This document shows, one piece after another, positions 21,341 to 34,321 of a DNA stretch of 35,280 bases (position 1 is its first letter; the number at the start of each line of letters is the position of its first letter). The notes beneath the pieces were generated by a model. It saw only the letters and a list, made by a program, of their open reading frames with translations. It made no database searches and was not told where the DNA came from. The position numbers and the translations under genes were made by a program. Origin of the DNA: Octopus sinensis. Lineage: Eukaryota. The DNA lies in the NCBI RefSeq assembly GCF_006345805.1, contig NW_021828050.1:1-35280 (forward strand). The letters run 5' to 3'.

Positions 21341-23970
21341 GGCGGTGAGCTGGCAGAAAGGTTAGCACGCCGGGCAAATACTTAGCGGTATTTCGTCTGC
21401 CGCTACGTTCTGAGTTTAAATTCCACCGAAATCATCTTTGCCTTTCATCCTTTCGGGGTCGATAAATAAGTACCAGTTACGCACTGGAGTCGATATAATC
21501 GACTTAATCCGTTGTCTGTCTTGTTATTCCCCTATGTGTTCAGCCCCTTGTGAATAGTAAAGAAATAGATATTTCGTGTGCCGTTACGTTCTGAGTTCAA
21601 ATTCCGCCGAGATCGACTTGCCTTTCATCCTTTGGGGTCGATATAAATAAGTACCAGTTACGCACTGGAGTCGATATAATCGACTTAATCCGTTTGTCTG
21701 TCTTTGTTATTCCCCTATGTGTTCAGCCCCTTGTGAATAGTAAAGAAATAGATATTTCGTGTGCCGTTACGTTCTGAGTTCAAATTCCGCCGAGATCGAC
21801 TTTGCCTTTCAGCCTTTCGGGGTCGATAAATTAAGTACCAGTTACGCACTGGAGTCGATATAATCGACTTAATCCGTTTGCCTGTCTTTGTTATTCCCCT
21901 ATGTGTTCAGCCCCTTGTGAATAGTAAAGAAATAGATATTTCGTGTGCCGTTACGTTCTGAGTTCAAATTCCGCCGAGATCGACTTTGCCTTTCAGCCTT
22001 TCGGGGTCGATAAATTAAGTACCAGTTACGCACTGGAGTCGATATAATCGACTTAATCCGTTTGTCTGTCTTTGTTATTCCCCTATGTGTTCAGCCCCTT
22101 GTGAATAGTAAAGAAATAGATATTTCGTCTGCCGCTACGTTCTGAGTTTAAATTCCACCGAAATCAACTTTGCCTTTCATCCTTTCGGGGTCGATAAATT
22201 AAGTACCAGTTACGCACTGGAGTCGATATAATCGACTTAATCCCTTTTTGTCTGTCTTTGTTATTCCCCTATGTGTTCAGCCCCTTGTGAATAGTAAAGA
22301 AATAGGTATTTCGTCTGCCGCTACGTTCTGAGTTTAAATTCCACCGAAATCAACTTTGCCTTTCATCCTTTCGGGGTCGATAAATTAAGTACCAGTTACG
22401 CACTGGAGTCGATATAATCGACTTAATCCGTTTGTCTGTCTTTGTTATTCCCCTATGTGTTCAGCCCCTTGTGAATAGTAAAGAAATAGATATTTCGTGT
22501 GCCGTTACGTTCTGAGTTCAAATTCCGCCGAGATCGACTTTGCCTTTCAGCCTTTGGGGGTCGATAAATAAGTACCAGTTACGCACTGGAGTCGATATAA
22601 TCGACTTAATCACCGTTTGTCTGTCTTTGTTATTCCCCTATGTGTTCAGCCCCTTGTGATAGTAAGAAATAGATATTTCGTGTGCCGTTACGTTCTGAGT
22701 TCAAATTCCGCCGAGATCGACTTGCCTTTCAGCCTTTCGGGGTCGATAAATTAAGTACCAGTTACGCACTGGAGTCGATATAATCGACTTAATCCGTTTG
22801 TCTGTCTTTGTTATTCCCCTATGTGTTCAGCCCCTTGTGAATAGTAAAGAAATAGATTTTCGTCTGCCGCTACGTTCTGAGTTTAAATTCCACCGAAATC
22901 AACTTTGCCTTTCATCCTTTCGGGGTCGATAAATTAAGTACCAGTTACGCACTGGAGTCGATATAATCGACTTAATCATCCCTTTTTGTCTGTCTTTGTT
23001 ATTCCCCTATGTGTTCAGCCCCTTGTGAATAGTAAAGAAATAGGTATTTCGTCTGCCGCTACGTTCTGAGTTTAAATTCCACCGAAATCAACTTTGCCTT
23101 TCATCCTTTCGGGGTCGATAAATTAAGTACCAGTTACGCACTGGAGTCGATATAATCGACTTATCCGTTTGTCTGTCTTTGTTATTCCCCTATGTGTCAG
23201 TTCAGACCCCTTGTGAATAGTAAAGAAATAGATATTTCGTGTGCCGTTACGTTCTGAGTTCAAATTCCGCCGAGATCGACTTTGCCTTTCAGCCTTTCGG
23301 GGTCGATAAATTAAGTACCAGTTACGCACTGGAGTCGATATAATCGACTTAATCCCTTTTTGTCTGTCTTTGTTATTCCCCTATGTGTTCAGCCCCTTGT
23401 GAATAGTAAAGAAATAGATATTTCGTGTGCCGTTACGTTCTGAGTTCAAATTCCGCCGAGATCGACTTTGCCTTTCAGCCTTTCGGGGTCGATAAATTAA
23501 GTACCAGTTACGCACTGGAGTCGATATAATCGACTTAATCCGTTTGTCTGTCTTTGTTATTCCCCTATGTGTTCAGCCCCTTGTGAATAGTAAAGAAATA
23601 GATATTTCGTGTGCCGTTACGTTCTGAGTTTAAATTCCACCGAAATCAACTTTGCCTTTCATCCTTTCGGGGTCGATAAATTAAGTACCAGTTACGCACT
23701 GGAGTCGATATAATCGACTTAATCCGTCTGTCTGTCTTTGTTATTCCCCTATGTGTTCAGCCCCTTGTGAATAGTAAAGAAATAGATATTTCGTGTGCCG
23801 TTACGTTCTGAGTTCAAATTCCGCCGAGATCGACTTTGCCTTTCATCCTTTCGGGGTCGATTAAATAAGTACCAGTTACGCACTGGGGTTGATATAATCG
23901 ACTTAATCCCTTTTTGTCTGTCCTTGTTTGTCCCCTCGGTGTTTAGCCCCTTGTGGGCAGTAAAGAAATA
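21341..23970 (+). repeat. SINE family 2-derived tandem array: one 5' head plus 14 units of ~184 bp
   Basis: Unit starts at ~21389, 21570, 21753, 21937, 22121, 22307, 22491, 22674, 22857, 23045, 23233, 23419, 23603 and 23787. Confidence 0.97.
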
Positions 23971-24959
23971 AGAAATAAGCAAATGTTGTATAGGCTAAAC
24001 GAAACCATGACGTGCAGTCTAGCCAAGTCAATGACGAGCTTTCTGCCAATGATATTATGCAACGCGAAGATTTCCAACGAATGAAATTTAAATTTGAATC
24101 TGAAAATTTCTTAAGTTTCCGGATTTTACAGCGAGAGAATTAAATATCTTTATAACATTAACCTTTTGCCACACAATTTATATGCTTTCAGTAACTAGAT
24201 ACAACATTGGTTATGAATAACAATGTTGAATTGAACACACTACCGACGCAAATAGAGTTTTACGTAATAAGTACGAATCCCATGACTGTACTGCGGAAGA
24301 TGGTATATATTTGTAACACAGTTATAATAATAATAATACAAAACTCTCCAGTCGAGAAATCTCCAGGAACTGTTGATTCCTTTGATGTTGATTATAAATT
24401 CAAATGCCCAGACGAAATAGTAAAATTTCGTAATATCTTTGATATATTTCTCAGCATTTCTTTCCTGATAACTTATTGTAAAGCAGCAAAGTCGTTTATA
24501 GCATAGAACACACAAGCAAATACATAATACATACACACACATTCAGACACGACCAAAACAAGCACACGCAATCATGAAAGCACAAAGAGACACGTTCACA
24601 TTACTTTCCTATACAAACACACAAAACCGCATTATACAGGAAAGGAAGGGTTTGAAAGACAAATGACAATAACCTGTAAAGTTATAAGTATACAGCATGA
24701 TAATAATCATTACTGAATATTAACATGTCTATATTTTCTCAATACAATCGTTCTTAAACAATGTAATTTACACCGTCTTTAAACCATTGAATCTACAACG
24801 ATAAACCGCTTGTGTTCATAAGGAGGCTTTCTTTCTCCACCTGTCCGTCTCTTTTTGGTAACACAGACTCGCTTACGTGGATAAGAACTCACACGAATTC
24901 ATATATAGATAGATTATTGTAGATATACATCCAGAGCGAGGCGTTGATAGATAGCTTTA

Positions 24960-25305
<346 letters not shown>

Positions 25306-25869
25306 TTGATATTCAAATTTATCAAGTTATTCACAACAATACGCCAGATATTGTGGCGAAACTTCACATTGACGCAGCACGTTTGATATGTCAATATCCG
25401 CCGATTGCAACGCCTGTGAAAACGCTTAGAACGTTAAATACAAGGGCTTCGAAATAGCAGAGATTATGCTAAATAAGATCTTAAATTCCAAGAAACTCAA
25501 AGTATAGAAACAACAAACAAAAATGTTCTCCTAGGAACAGGACACATTCTAAGAACTGTATTGCCAACTTGAAAATATGTGAATCATTTAAAGTCTTTCT
25601 AAATAGCAAATATTAGAACAAACATTTAACGAAAATTTAATTTTTGGTATTTGGTCTCCTTTTGCTGAAATATATTATAGCTACTCATGAATAACACTAA
25701 CAACAAACCACCTAACGTTGCTTTTTTTTTGTTGTTGATTTTGGGTAAGATTAAGCCCATCTCGAGTAAAACGGAGCAATAACAAAAGCAGAACCGTTAT
25801 AATGTGCGCAGATACCTGATGAGACAAGTACATGTCTCAAAATATTTCAAAGAATGATACATAAGTATA

Positions 25870-26330
25870 CTCTGGGAATATATTCTTTCCTACTCTAGGC
25901 ACAAGGCCCGAAATTTGGGGGGAGAGGGCCAGTGAATTAGATCGACCCCAGTACGCAACTGGTACTTAATTTATCGACCTCGAAAGTCGTAAATACCGCA
26001 AAACATTTCGCCTGGTGTACTAACGTTTCTGTCTTACTCTGGGAATATATTATACTTAATATATTATATTATACTTAATAATATAATATATTATAATATA
26101 TTATACTTAATTATATATATTATATATAATATAATATATTATACTTAATTTACCGACCTCGAAAGTCGTAAATACCGCAAAACATTTCGCCTGGTCTACT
26201 AACGTTTCTGCCTTACTCTGGGAAAATATTATATTTTTTCTACTTTAGGAACAAGGCCTGAATTTTGTGGGGAGGGAGCCAGTCGATTAAATCGACCTCA
26301 GTACGCAACTGGTACTTAATTTATCGACAC
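25870..26330 (-). mobile_element. Internally deleted SINE family 2 (tail type 2), locally duplicated around an AT-rich slippage tract
   Basis: CGACCTCGAAAGTCGTAAATACCGCAAAACATTTCGCCTGG occurs at ~25976 and ~26155; CTACT..AGG.ACAAGG...GGTACTTAATTTATCGAC occurs at ~25890 and ~26240. Confidence 0.8.
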
Positions 26331-26959
26331 CGCCTTCTCTGAAAATACATTGATTCAGAAACAAATGAAGATTAGCATTCTTTCGCCATAAACAAACGCA
26401 TTATACAGATAAACTAGCATTACTTAAATTTTTATCCAAACATCTCTTACTTGTTTCATGGCTGGCTCAGCAACATCTTGAAGGATTTTAGCAGAACAAA
26501 TCAGTGACGGAAACTAACGAACCCCGGTTATCAAGAGTGGTGAAAGCATGTAATAACAAGATTAAGCTTCAGCACTCTGCATTTTCTCTTCAACTGTTTT
26601 GCCCGCCACTGCCCTGTTACAACAGGGGAGAAAACTCATACGGTGACATGATGTACATACAGTGTGCTAAATGTTGAGGAAACAGCGAAGTCGAATGACC
26701 AATTCTACAATGAGCTCAGAACAACGTATCATTCAGAAGGAAAGATAACTAATACTTTATTTTATCGACCCTCTCTTTATATCGACAGGCAATATTGAAC
26801 GTTTAATTGTATTTGAACTTTGGGCTTAAAGGTAAAAAGTAAGCTAAACTAAATTAAATAACTTTCTAATATTAGAAACATTAATTGAATGTTATAAGCC
26901 ATTCTGATTGACACAAGAGATAATATCATCCATCGCTCTCATTAATAAAATAGCAGTAG

Positions 26960-27048
26960 CAGTAGCAATGGTGATGATGATGATCATCATCATCGTTATC
27001 ATCGATTTACTTCAGCCACATCATCGTCGTCATTATCATCATATTCAA

Positions 27049-27129
<81 letters not shown>

Positions 27130-27335
27130 AATGATGATGACAGTGGAGGTGGTGATCGTGTTGGTGATGAATAATGATGATAAGCAATCACATCATCAAT
27201 ATCCTCATCATCATCACCACCACCAACAGCAACACCACCACCACCACCACCATCGTCTTGGTCGTCGGCGTTGTCGCCACAAGCACGACCCATGACCACC
27301 AAGACGACGATGGCGTTTACAACGACGACGACGAC
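26960..27335. repeat. Degenerate (GAT)n / (CAT)n / (CAC)n trinucleotide region
   Basis: Direct reading. Confidence 0.9.
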
Positions 27336-27887
27336 AACACGCTATAAATCAAAACCTGCAGCACATAATTAACAACAAAATGAAGGGGAAAACAAAAAAA
27401 AAAACTTTGTGCTTTCAGACTAAATTACAAACGGTACAAAGACAAAAACAAAAACACGGATGGCAACCAGTGATATGATGACGTTTTAGTAAAACAGACA
27501 GTCTGGATTGATGCCATAGAATACTTAATAACAATGCAGATGTTTGAAGAGGTGTTGTTGCTAAGAAATTTATTGAAACAGGACGACAATCTAAAATAGA
27601 TGACGCTCCCCAACCAATTTCTAGTAAACCGCCAACCCCTATAAGAAAACAGAAGAAGGAAAAAAACAGAAATTTTATTTTAATTTCTATGAAAGTACTT
27701 CAGACTGGTGAATAAAGTAACATGTTACGATGATATGAAGCGGGTATTTGGGAGAGGGGTGGAATTCTGATACAAAGATATACACATAAACACATGCGCA
27801 CCATATTTAGATATGTATGTTACATATTGATATATATATATATATATATATGTCTGTGTCCATGTAAATATATATGTATATACATAT

Positions 27888-27976
<89 letters not shown>

Positions 27977-28298
27977 ATGCGTATATATGTAACATATATA
28001 TATATATGTATATATGTAATATATATATATAGACATATATTCACGTATACATACATACCTCTACATACATATCATAAATGTGTGTGTGTTACTGATTGTG
28101 TGTGTGTACACAGAGAGAAGGACACCGAAAGACATACAGAGACAAGAACAAACAGACGGATAGACAAGTATAGACAGAGAAGTAACACAATGAAATGATA
28201 TCATCGTGGCAAAAGCTATGCAGTAGAAAGCTGAGGGGTTTCCTGGAAGATCGGCGAACTCTAACAAGGAAATGGGAAAATAACTAAAGAGATACATC

Positions 28299-28370
<72 letters not shown>

Positions 28371-28446
28371 CGACAAAATACGTGTGTATGCGTATTAATG
28401 TGCGTGAGTGTGTGCGTATGTGTATGTAAATATATACATATATATT

Positions 28447-28878
28447 GGCTGTGTGGTAAGTAGCATGTTTACAAACCACATGATCCCGGGTTCAGTGCCA
28501 CTGCGTGGCCACTTGGGCAAGAATCTTCTCCTATAGCCTCGCGCCGATCAAAACCTCTTAAGTGGATTTGGTAGACGGAAACTGAAAGAAGCCCATCGTA
28601 TATGTAGATATATGTGTATATATATATGTACGTATGTAGGTTTGCGTGTATATGTTTGTGTGCCTGTTTGTTCCCCCAGCATCGCTTGAAAACCGATGCT
28701 AGTGTGTTCACGTCCCCGTAACTTAGCGGTTCGGCAAAACAAACCGATATAATAAGTACCAGGCTTACAAAAAATAAGTCCTGGGGTCGATTTGCTCGAC
28801 TATAAAGGCGGTGCTCCAGCATGGTCATAGTCAAATGACTGAAACATGTAAAAGAGTAAAAGAGAGAGTAAAAGAGTA
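28447..28878 (+). mobile_element. Complete SINE family 1 copy: tRNA-like head, CORE-like domain, internal (TA/TG)n, 3' body, (GTAAAAGA)n tail
   Basis: GGCTGTGTGGTAAGTAGC...GGGTTCAGTGCCACTGCGTGGCCACTTGGGCAAG (CORE-like CCTTGGGCAAGT) through GTCAAATGACTGAAACATGTAAAAGAGTAAAAGAG. Confidence 0.9.
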
Positions 28879-28895
28879 TAGACATACATATATGC

Positions 28896-28940
<45 letters not shown>

Positions 28941-30089
28941 ATGCATGTATGTATGTGTATATACTGTGGGAAAGTCAAAGAGATACGCGTACTTAGAAAG
29001 AAAGAGAGAGAAAGAGCTAAGATTTGTGCTGCGACTTCAAACCGTTAATCAGAAAGTAGATTAGAACGTCTAACTGTGCGTTGTGTCGTACAAGATATTG
29101 TGGTCAGAAAGGCGAAAAGTTAAGCATTGGAATGTAGGCGCATGAAATATGTACGTATATATATACTACTATTTACTATTTATTGTTTTTGTACTTTATT
29201 GATTATTAGAATAAAGTTTTTATAGTATATGTTTTCTATATGGTGTGACTAACGTCTTTCACTATTTAATTGTTTAATAGAGTTTTTTTTTCGCTAGATT
29301 ATATATATATATATATATATAATATATATATATATCTTGATGTATGTATGTTATATAGTAAATATGTATGCATGTATATATATATATAGAACAGACCAAT
29401 ATACATAAACATATAGATAAATAGATATGTATATACAATAGATATATTTATATATGTATTTATATATATAAAAATACATATACATATGCATATACAAATA
29501 TATATACATATATATACATATATATCATAATCAGACAATATTGTTGACACTGACAATAAAATGTACGTATATATATATATATTATATAAGGTGTGTTTTG
29601 TGTGTGTGTGGTGTGTGGTGGTAATTAAACTGTGGTGTGTTACGTATGTGTATATGTATATGTCTATATACATACGAGCGTGTGAGTGTGTGTGTGAGTG
29701 CGTATGTGTGTTTCTGTGTGTGTGTGCAGCTTAATGATACTGTGTAAAGGTGTGTTGCTTATGGAAGTGTGAATTACGTAGGACTCGATAATGGTTCAAT
29801 ATGCACATGCGCAGTGAGAAGAGAATTCTTATCTCCATCCATCTCTCATCCACCCTCCGAGTATGTATGTATATATATGTGTGTCTGTGTGCTTATGTAT
29901 GTGTCTGTGTGTTTATGTATTCGTGTAGGTATGTACAGATGTATGTATATCGATATATACGCGTGTGCATATGTATCCATATATACATATATGTATAAGT
30001 ACCCATATATGGCAATATGTCTATATGTATATATTTATATTTGTTTCGTGTGTGTGTGTGTGGCTGTCTGTCTGTCTGAGTGGGTTGAC

Positions 30090-30090
30090 T

Positions 30091-30152
<62 letters not shown>

Positions 30153-30157
30153 CAGAC

Positions 30158-30190
<33 letters not shown>

Positions 30191-30191
30191 T

Positions 30192-30235
<44 letters not shown>

Positions 30236-30236
30236 T

Positions 30237-30290
<54 letters not shown>
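30090..30290. repeat. (GATA)n microsatellite
   Basis: Direct reading. Confidence 0.95.
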
Positions 30291-30749
30291 CACGCTTACC
30301 TATATATCTGTGTGAGTGTGTGTAAAGGGATAAATATTTATACATATATAGGTATGTATACGTGTTTGTGTGTGTCTCTGTCTGTGTTTATGCTTCTATG
30401 TGTGTGTGAGTACGTGTGAGATGTCTGTACACGTATGAGTCTGTTTCATTGCACCCGTGTGTCCAAAAGTTTAGCGCTTCCTCATTGGTTTTTGTGAGGC
30501 AATAAACGACGGACGGTTTTGACAGAAACGTCAATACGGGACAACTAGATTGATTAGAAATAAGGAGAAACCTTTTAACCTGAAATATTCAAGTAATAAA
30601 GTGTTAAATTCATATTAGCTTTACCTTATTACAAAATTCTTCACCTCTGCTGTCGTACTAGCATAAACACTAATACAAAAAACAATGAGAAAGATAAATA
30701 CTGAAACAAAGAGTAAAACAATAGTCTCACACATTAGCGTTCGTATATG

Positions 30750-30794
<45 letters not shown>

Positions 30795-31071
30795 TGTGTA
30801 TGTGTGTCAAAGCAGCACGTTTGCACAGGTATGTATGTGTATGTACAGCATACACACAATCATATACACATAGGTATATATATATATATATATATATATA
30901 TGATATATAATATATATATATAATATATATATATAATATGCACGTATATAGAGAGAAACCTTTTTGCAACATATATATGGGGAGAGACAGACAGACAGAC
31001 AAAGACAAGATAAGACAGGCAGACACATATATTTAGATATGTTGTGACATCGATATGTAGGGATTTAATGT

Positions 31072-31117
<46 letters not shown>

Positions 31118-31292
31118 CATAGATGCATGCGTGAAAGTAGACAATGAATTAACTGACATTTTATTACTTTCATTAATATATACATGGGATAATAGCAGAT
31201 GTACTCGGCTATGCATGGATATTGAGGCGGAATACAAATAGACAAATATACTTCAATCTACACACTCACACACACATACATATATGTATGTA

Positions 31293-31347
<55 letters not shown>

Positions 31348-31419
31348 GATATAACATATATATATATGTGGTGTGTATATATATATATACACACACATAT
31401 ATAGATATATATATGTGTA

Positions 31420-31474
<55 letters not shown>

Positions 31475-31934
31475 CATATAGCACTGTGTTTAAGTATTAC
31501 GATATATTAATTTGGAGTCTTTATACAACTATGCACACTCACAAACACCTGCACACATTATAAATAAATACACACTCACACATATACAAGTACTTGAAAC
31601 TTCCTTAGCGACGTATGATAATATTTATGTTGTGCACACAAATGCGGATAAGCACTTACCATATTGTTTCGTCTCAGTGAAACTTTTCAAAGTGATTTGT
31701 GCTTTATAAAGAAAAGCATAAAACTTTGTTCAGAATGTCGTTGGATTACTCTGTACGGTGTTTCGACATTATTCAGGCTCCTCAGTGATGAATACTACAT
31801 TTTTTTCTGAGCTGTGTGTGCATGCGTGTGTGCGTATATATGTTTTTGCGTATGATGAATTTATGAGCGTTTGTGAGAATGAAATAATTCTGTTATGGAA
31901 AAAATGGACTTCAAACCACATGAAGCTATAAATA

Positions 31935-33221
31935 ATGGAATTTCAAGAACAACAACAGCAACAACTTCAAGATCAACACCAACAACAATTACTATTACAG
32001 CAAAAACAACTGCAAGAACAACAACAACAGTCACTATTACAACAACAAATGCTGCAATTCATGAATAGCAAGTCGTCCAAAAATGCTGGAAAGATGTTCT
32101 CGCCAGATCATGTTGCAAACTCATTAACAGAATTTAAGTATAACCAGACGGAGGAGTTACCTGAGATGAATTCTACAGAAAATACGAACAGATCTTCAAG
32201 AAAGAGTGCAAAGATTGGGACGACGATATGAAAACGCGTCTAATCCTAAGAAAACTGGCAGCAGGAGAACATGAGCGTTACAGCAATTATGTACTCCCGA
32301 AAAAATCATTCTGAAATAAACTTCAGAAATACGATAGACATATTGTGTAAAATTTTTAGCGAGAAAAGCTCCTTGTTCAGTACACGCTTGAAGTGTTTGA
32401 ACCTAGAAAAGAACAACGAAGAGGACTACATCACAAATGCTGGTAGAGTTAACAGAGAATGTGAAAAATCCAAAAAGGTCGAATTAACGCCAGACATGTT
32501 CAAGTGCCTGATATTTACTCAGGGCCTAACTGCAAAAAAAGACGGAGAAGCAAGAACACGAATTCTCACTAAGCTGGAACGAAACCAAGCTGTTTCCTTA
32601 AAACAAGTGTCAGAAGAGTGTGAATGTAAAAGAATAGTAAATCTAAGACACGACACAGAAAATTGAACAGAAAGATTGATCCCCAGTAAAACATACGAAA
32701 CAAGCGGAATAGATATCAAGCGTATACTAAAATAGAGGCGCAATGGCCCAGTGGTTAGGGCAGCGGACTCGCGGTCGGAGGATCGCGGTTTCGATTCCCA
32801 GACCGGGCGTTGTGTGCGTGTTTATTGAGCGAAAACACTTAAAAGCTCCACGAGTCTCCAGCAGGAGGTGGTGGCAAACCCATTGTATTCTTTAGTCACA
32901 ACTTTCTCTCACTCTCTCTTCCTGTTTCTTGAGTGACGCTGCGGTGGACTCGCGTCCCGTCCAGCTGGAGGGAACACATACGCCACAGAAAGCGGGAAAC
33001 CGGGCCCATGTGCCTTGCTAGGCTTGAAAAGGGGGACGTTCTATCGTACGCTATAATACTGTACAAGCAGGACAAAAATCAGGAAACAAACCCATATTTT
33101 GCATGTGAAGGTCTACACCTGAGAGAAAGCTGCTCATTTAAGAAAGTGGAATGTTTCCGTTGTGGAAAAATTGAACACGTAAAAGCGCGCTGTGTTAGAA
33201 ACCGGTTCTTTCGCTATTGGT
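31935..33221 (+). pseudogene. Frameshifted Ty3/Gypsy-type gag remnant with a Gln-rich N-terminus and zinc knuckle, interrupted by a SINE
   Basis: Joining frames gives ...FKYN/PDGGVT*DEFYRKYEQIFKKECKDWDDDMKTRLILRKLAAGEHERYSNYVLPKK/SEINFRNTIDILCKIF...DMFKCLIFTQGL...RILTKLE..., then CFRCGKIEHVKARC (CX2CX4HX4C). No pol or LTR recognised. Confidence 0.82.
32735..33050 (+). mobile_element. tRNA-headed SINE (family 3, alternative tail) inserted into the gag remnant
   Basis: Same head and body as 20485; flanked by a near-perfect 8-bp duplication CTAAAATA (32727-32734) / CTATAATA (33051-33058). Confidence 0.88.
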
Positions 33222-33249
33222 AAGAAATCTTCAAATAAAACTGAATAAT

Positions 33250-33360
33250 GACATACATACATACATACATACACACACATACATACACATACATACATAC
33301 ACACACATACATACATGCATACATACATACATACATACATGCATACATACATACATACAT
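33250..33360. repeat. (CATA)n microsatellite
   Basis: Direct reading. Confidence 0.95.
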
Positions 33361-34282
33361 AGTGATTGGTGGAACTATGTGGGTGGATGGAAATTAAAAT
33401 ACTAAGCTATCTTGGTATATTATTGCCAGATGAGTGTGTTATTTTTAACACGTTTCGCTTTATTAACTCCTGTTTGCTTGAATTTAGGCGAAAAATAAAT
33501 TTCGTTATTGGACGAAATTAATCGTTGATAATCTTTACTTCTATCACTGAAGTGTCTTCAACTTTGATCGTACAGATTCATATAAGGCGATAATTTTGGC
33601 TAGTTCAAAAATCTCCCAATAATGATCAGAAGACAGGCATGAGAGGTTAATGCCCAAATTTCTGAAATATTTCCCTAAGATGACAGGGGAGGTCAATGTC
33701 CGAATGATGGAGTATCTTGTAAGGTAACGGAAGGGGTCAATATCAGATATTCCGATATTATGCAGTAATGTAATAAGAAGGGAGAGACGGAGAGAGAGAA
33801 AGAAATGAGAAAGATGGCGAGAGAGAGACGGGGAAAGAGAATGAGAAAGAGAGAGAGAGAAAGAGGCAGAGAGGGAGTGACATAGAGAGAGAGGAGCTAG
33901 GATACAAAAACGAACAGACAGAGGGAATGACAGAGGGAGAGAGGGGGAGAGAGAGTATTTTGAAATTTTGGAGGCAAAACGAATCCTGTTGATACGATTG
34001 TGTATTAGCTGAAAAGTTTGACATTTTAAAAGATCAGAAAATTTTGAGATTTTATTTGAGATTAGATTCCTATAAGCCGTACGATGTAGAAAAAGATACC
34101 ATTGCTAAGGAAGATTTTGAAGAGAGCAGCTATGTTGTGTGTTCATATCTTTAACAGAGATAACATTATTATATATATATATATATATATAGTAGATAGA
34201 TATAGATATATATATACATATATATATACAACACATATACATACGTACATACATATATATACATATATGTGTGTATATAAAC

Positions 34283-34321
<39 letters not shown>

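Noticed and set aside
21389-23970. CRISPR-like array or hammerhead retrozyme satellite
   Set aside because: No unique spacers, eukaryotic context, and no CUGANGA...GAAA core on either strand of the monomer.
24207-24542. Overlapping ~100-aa ORFs on both strands in unique AT-rich DNA
   Set aside because: No recognisable domain, include simple-repeat stretches, and fall within chance ORF length.
25815-25850. CTGATGAGAC...GTCTC hairpin
   Set aside because: No GAAA box after the stem and no stem I.
26451-26513. Possible minus-strand exon (TTAG|...ATGAAACAA|GTAAG; FPSLICSAKILQDVAEPAMKQ)
   Set aside because: Peptide not recognised, acceptor weak, no supporting neighbouring exons.
30443-30470. CACCCGTGTGTCCAAAAGT as a Tc1-like TIR
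   Set aside because: Single short resemblance, no TA flank, no partner end, no transposase trace.
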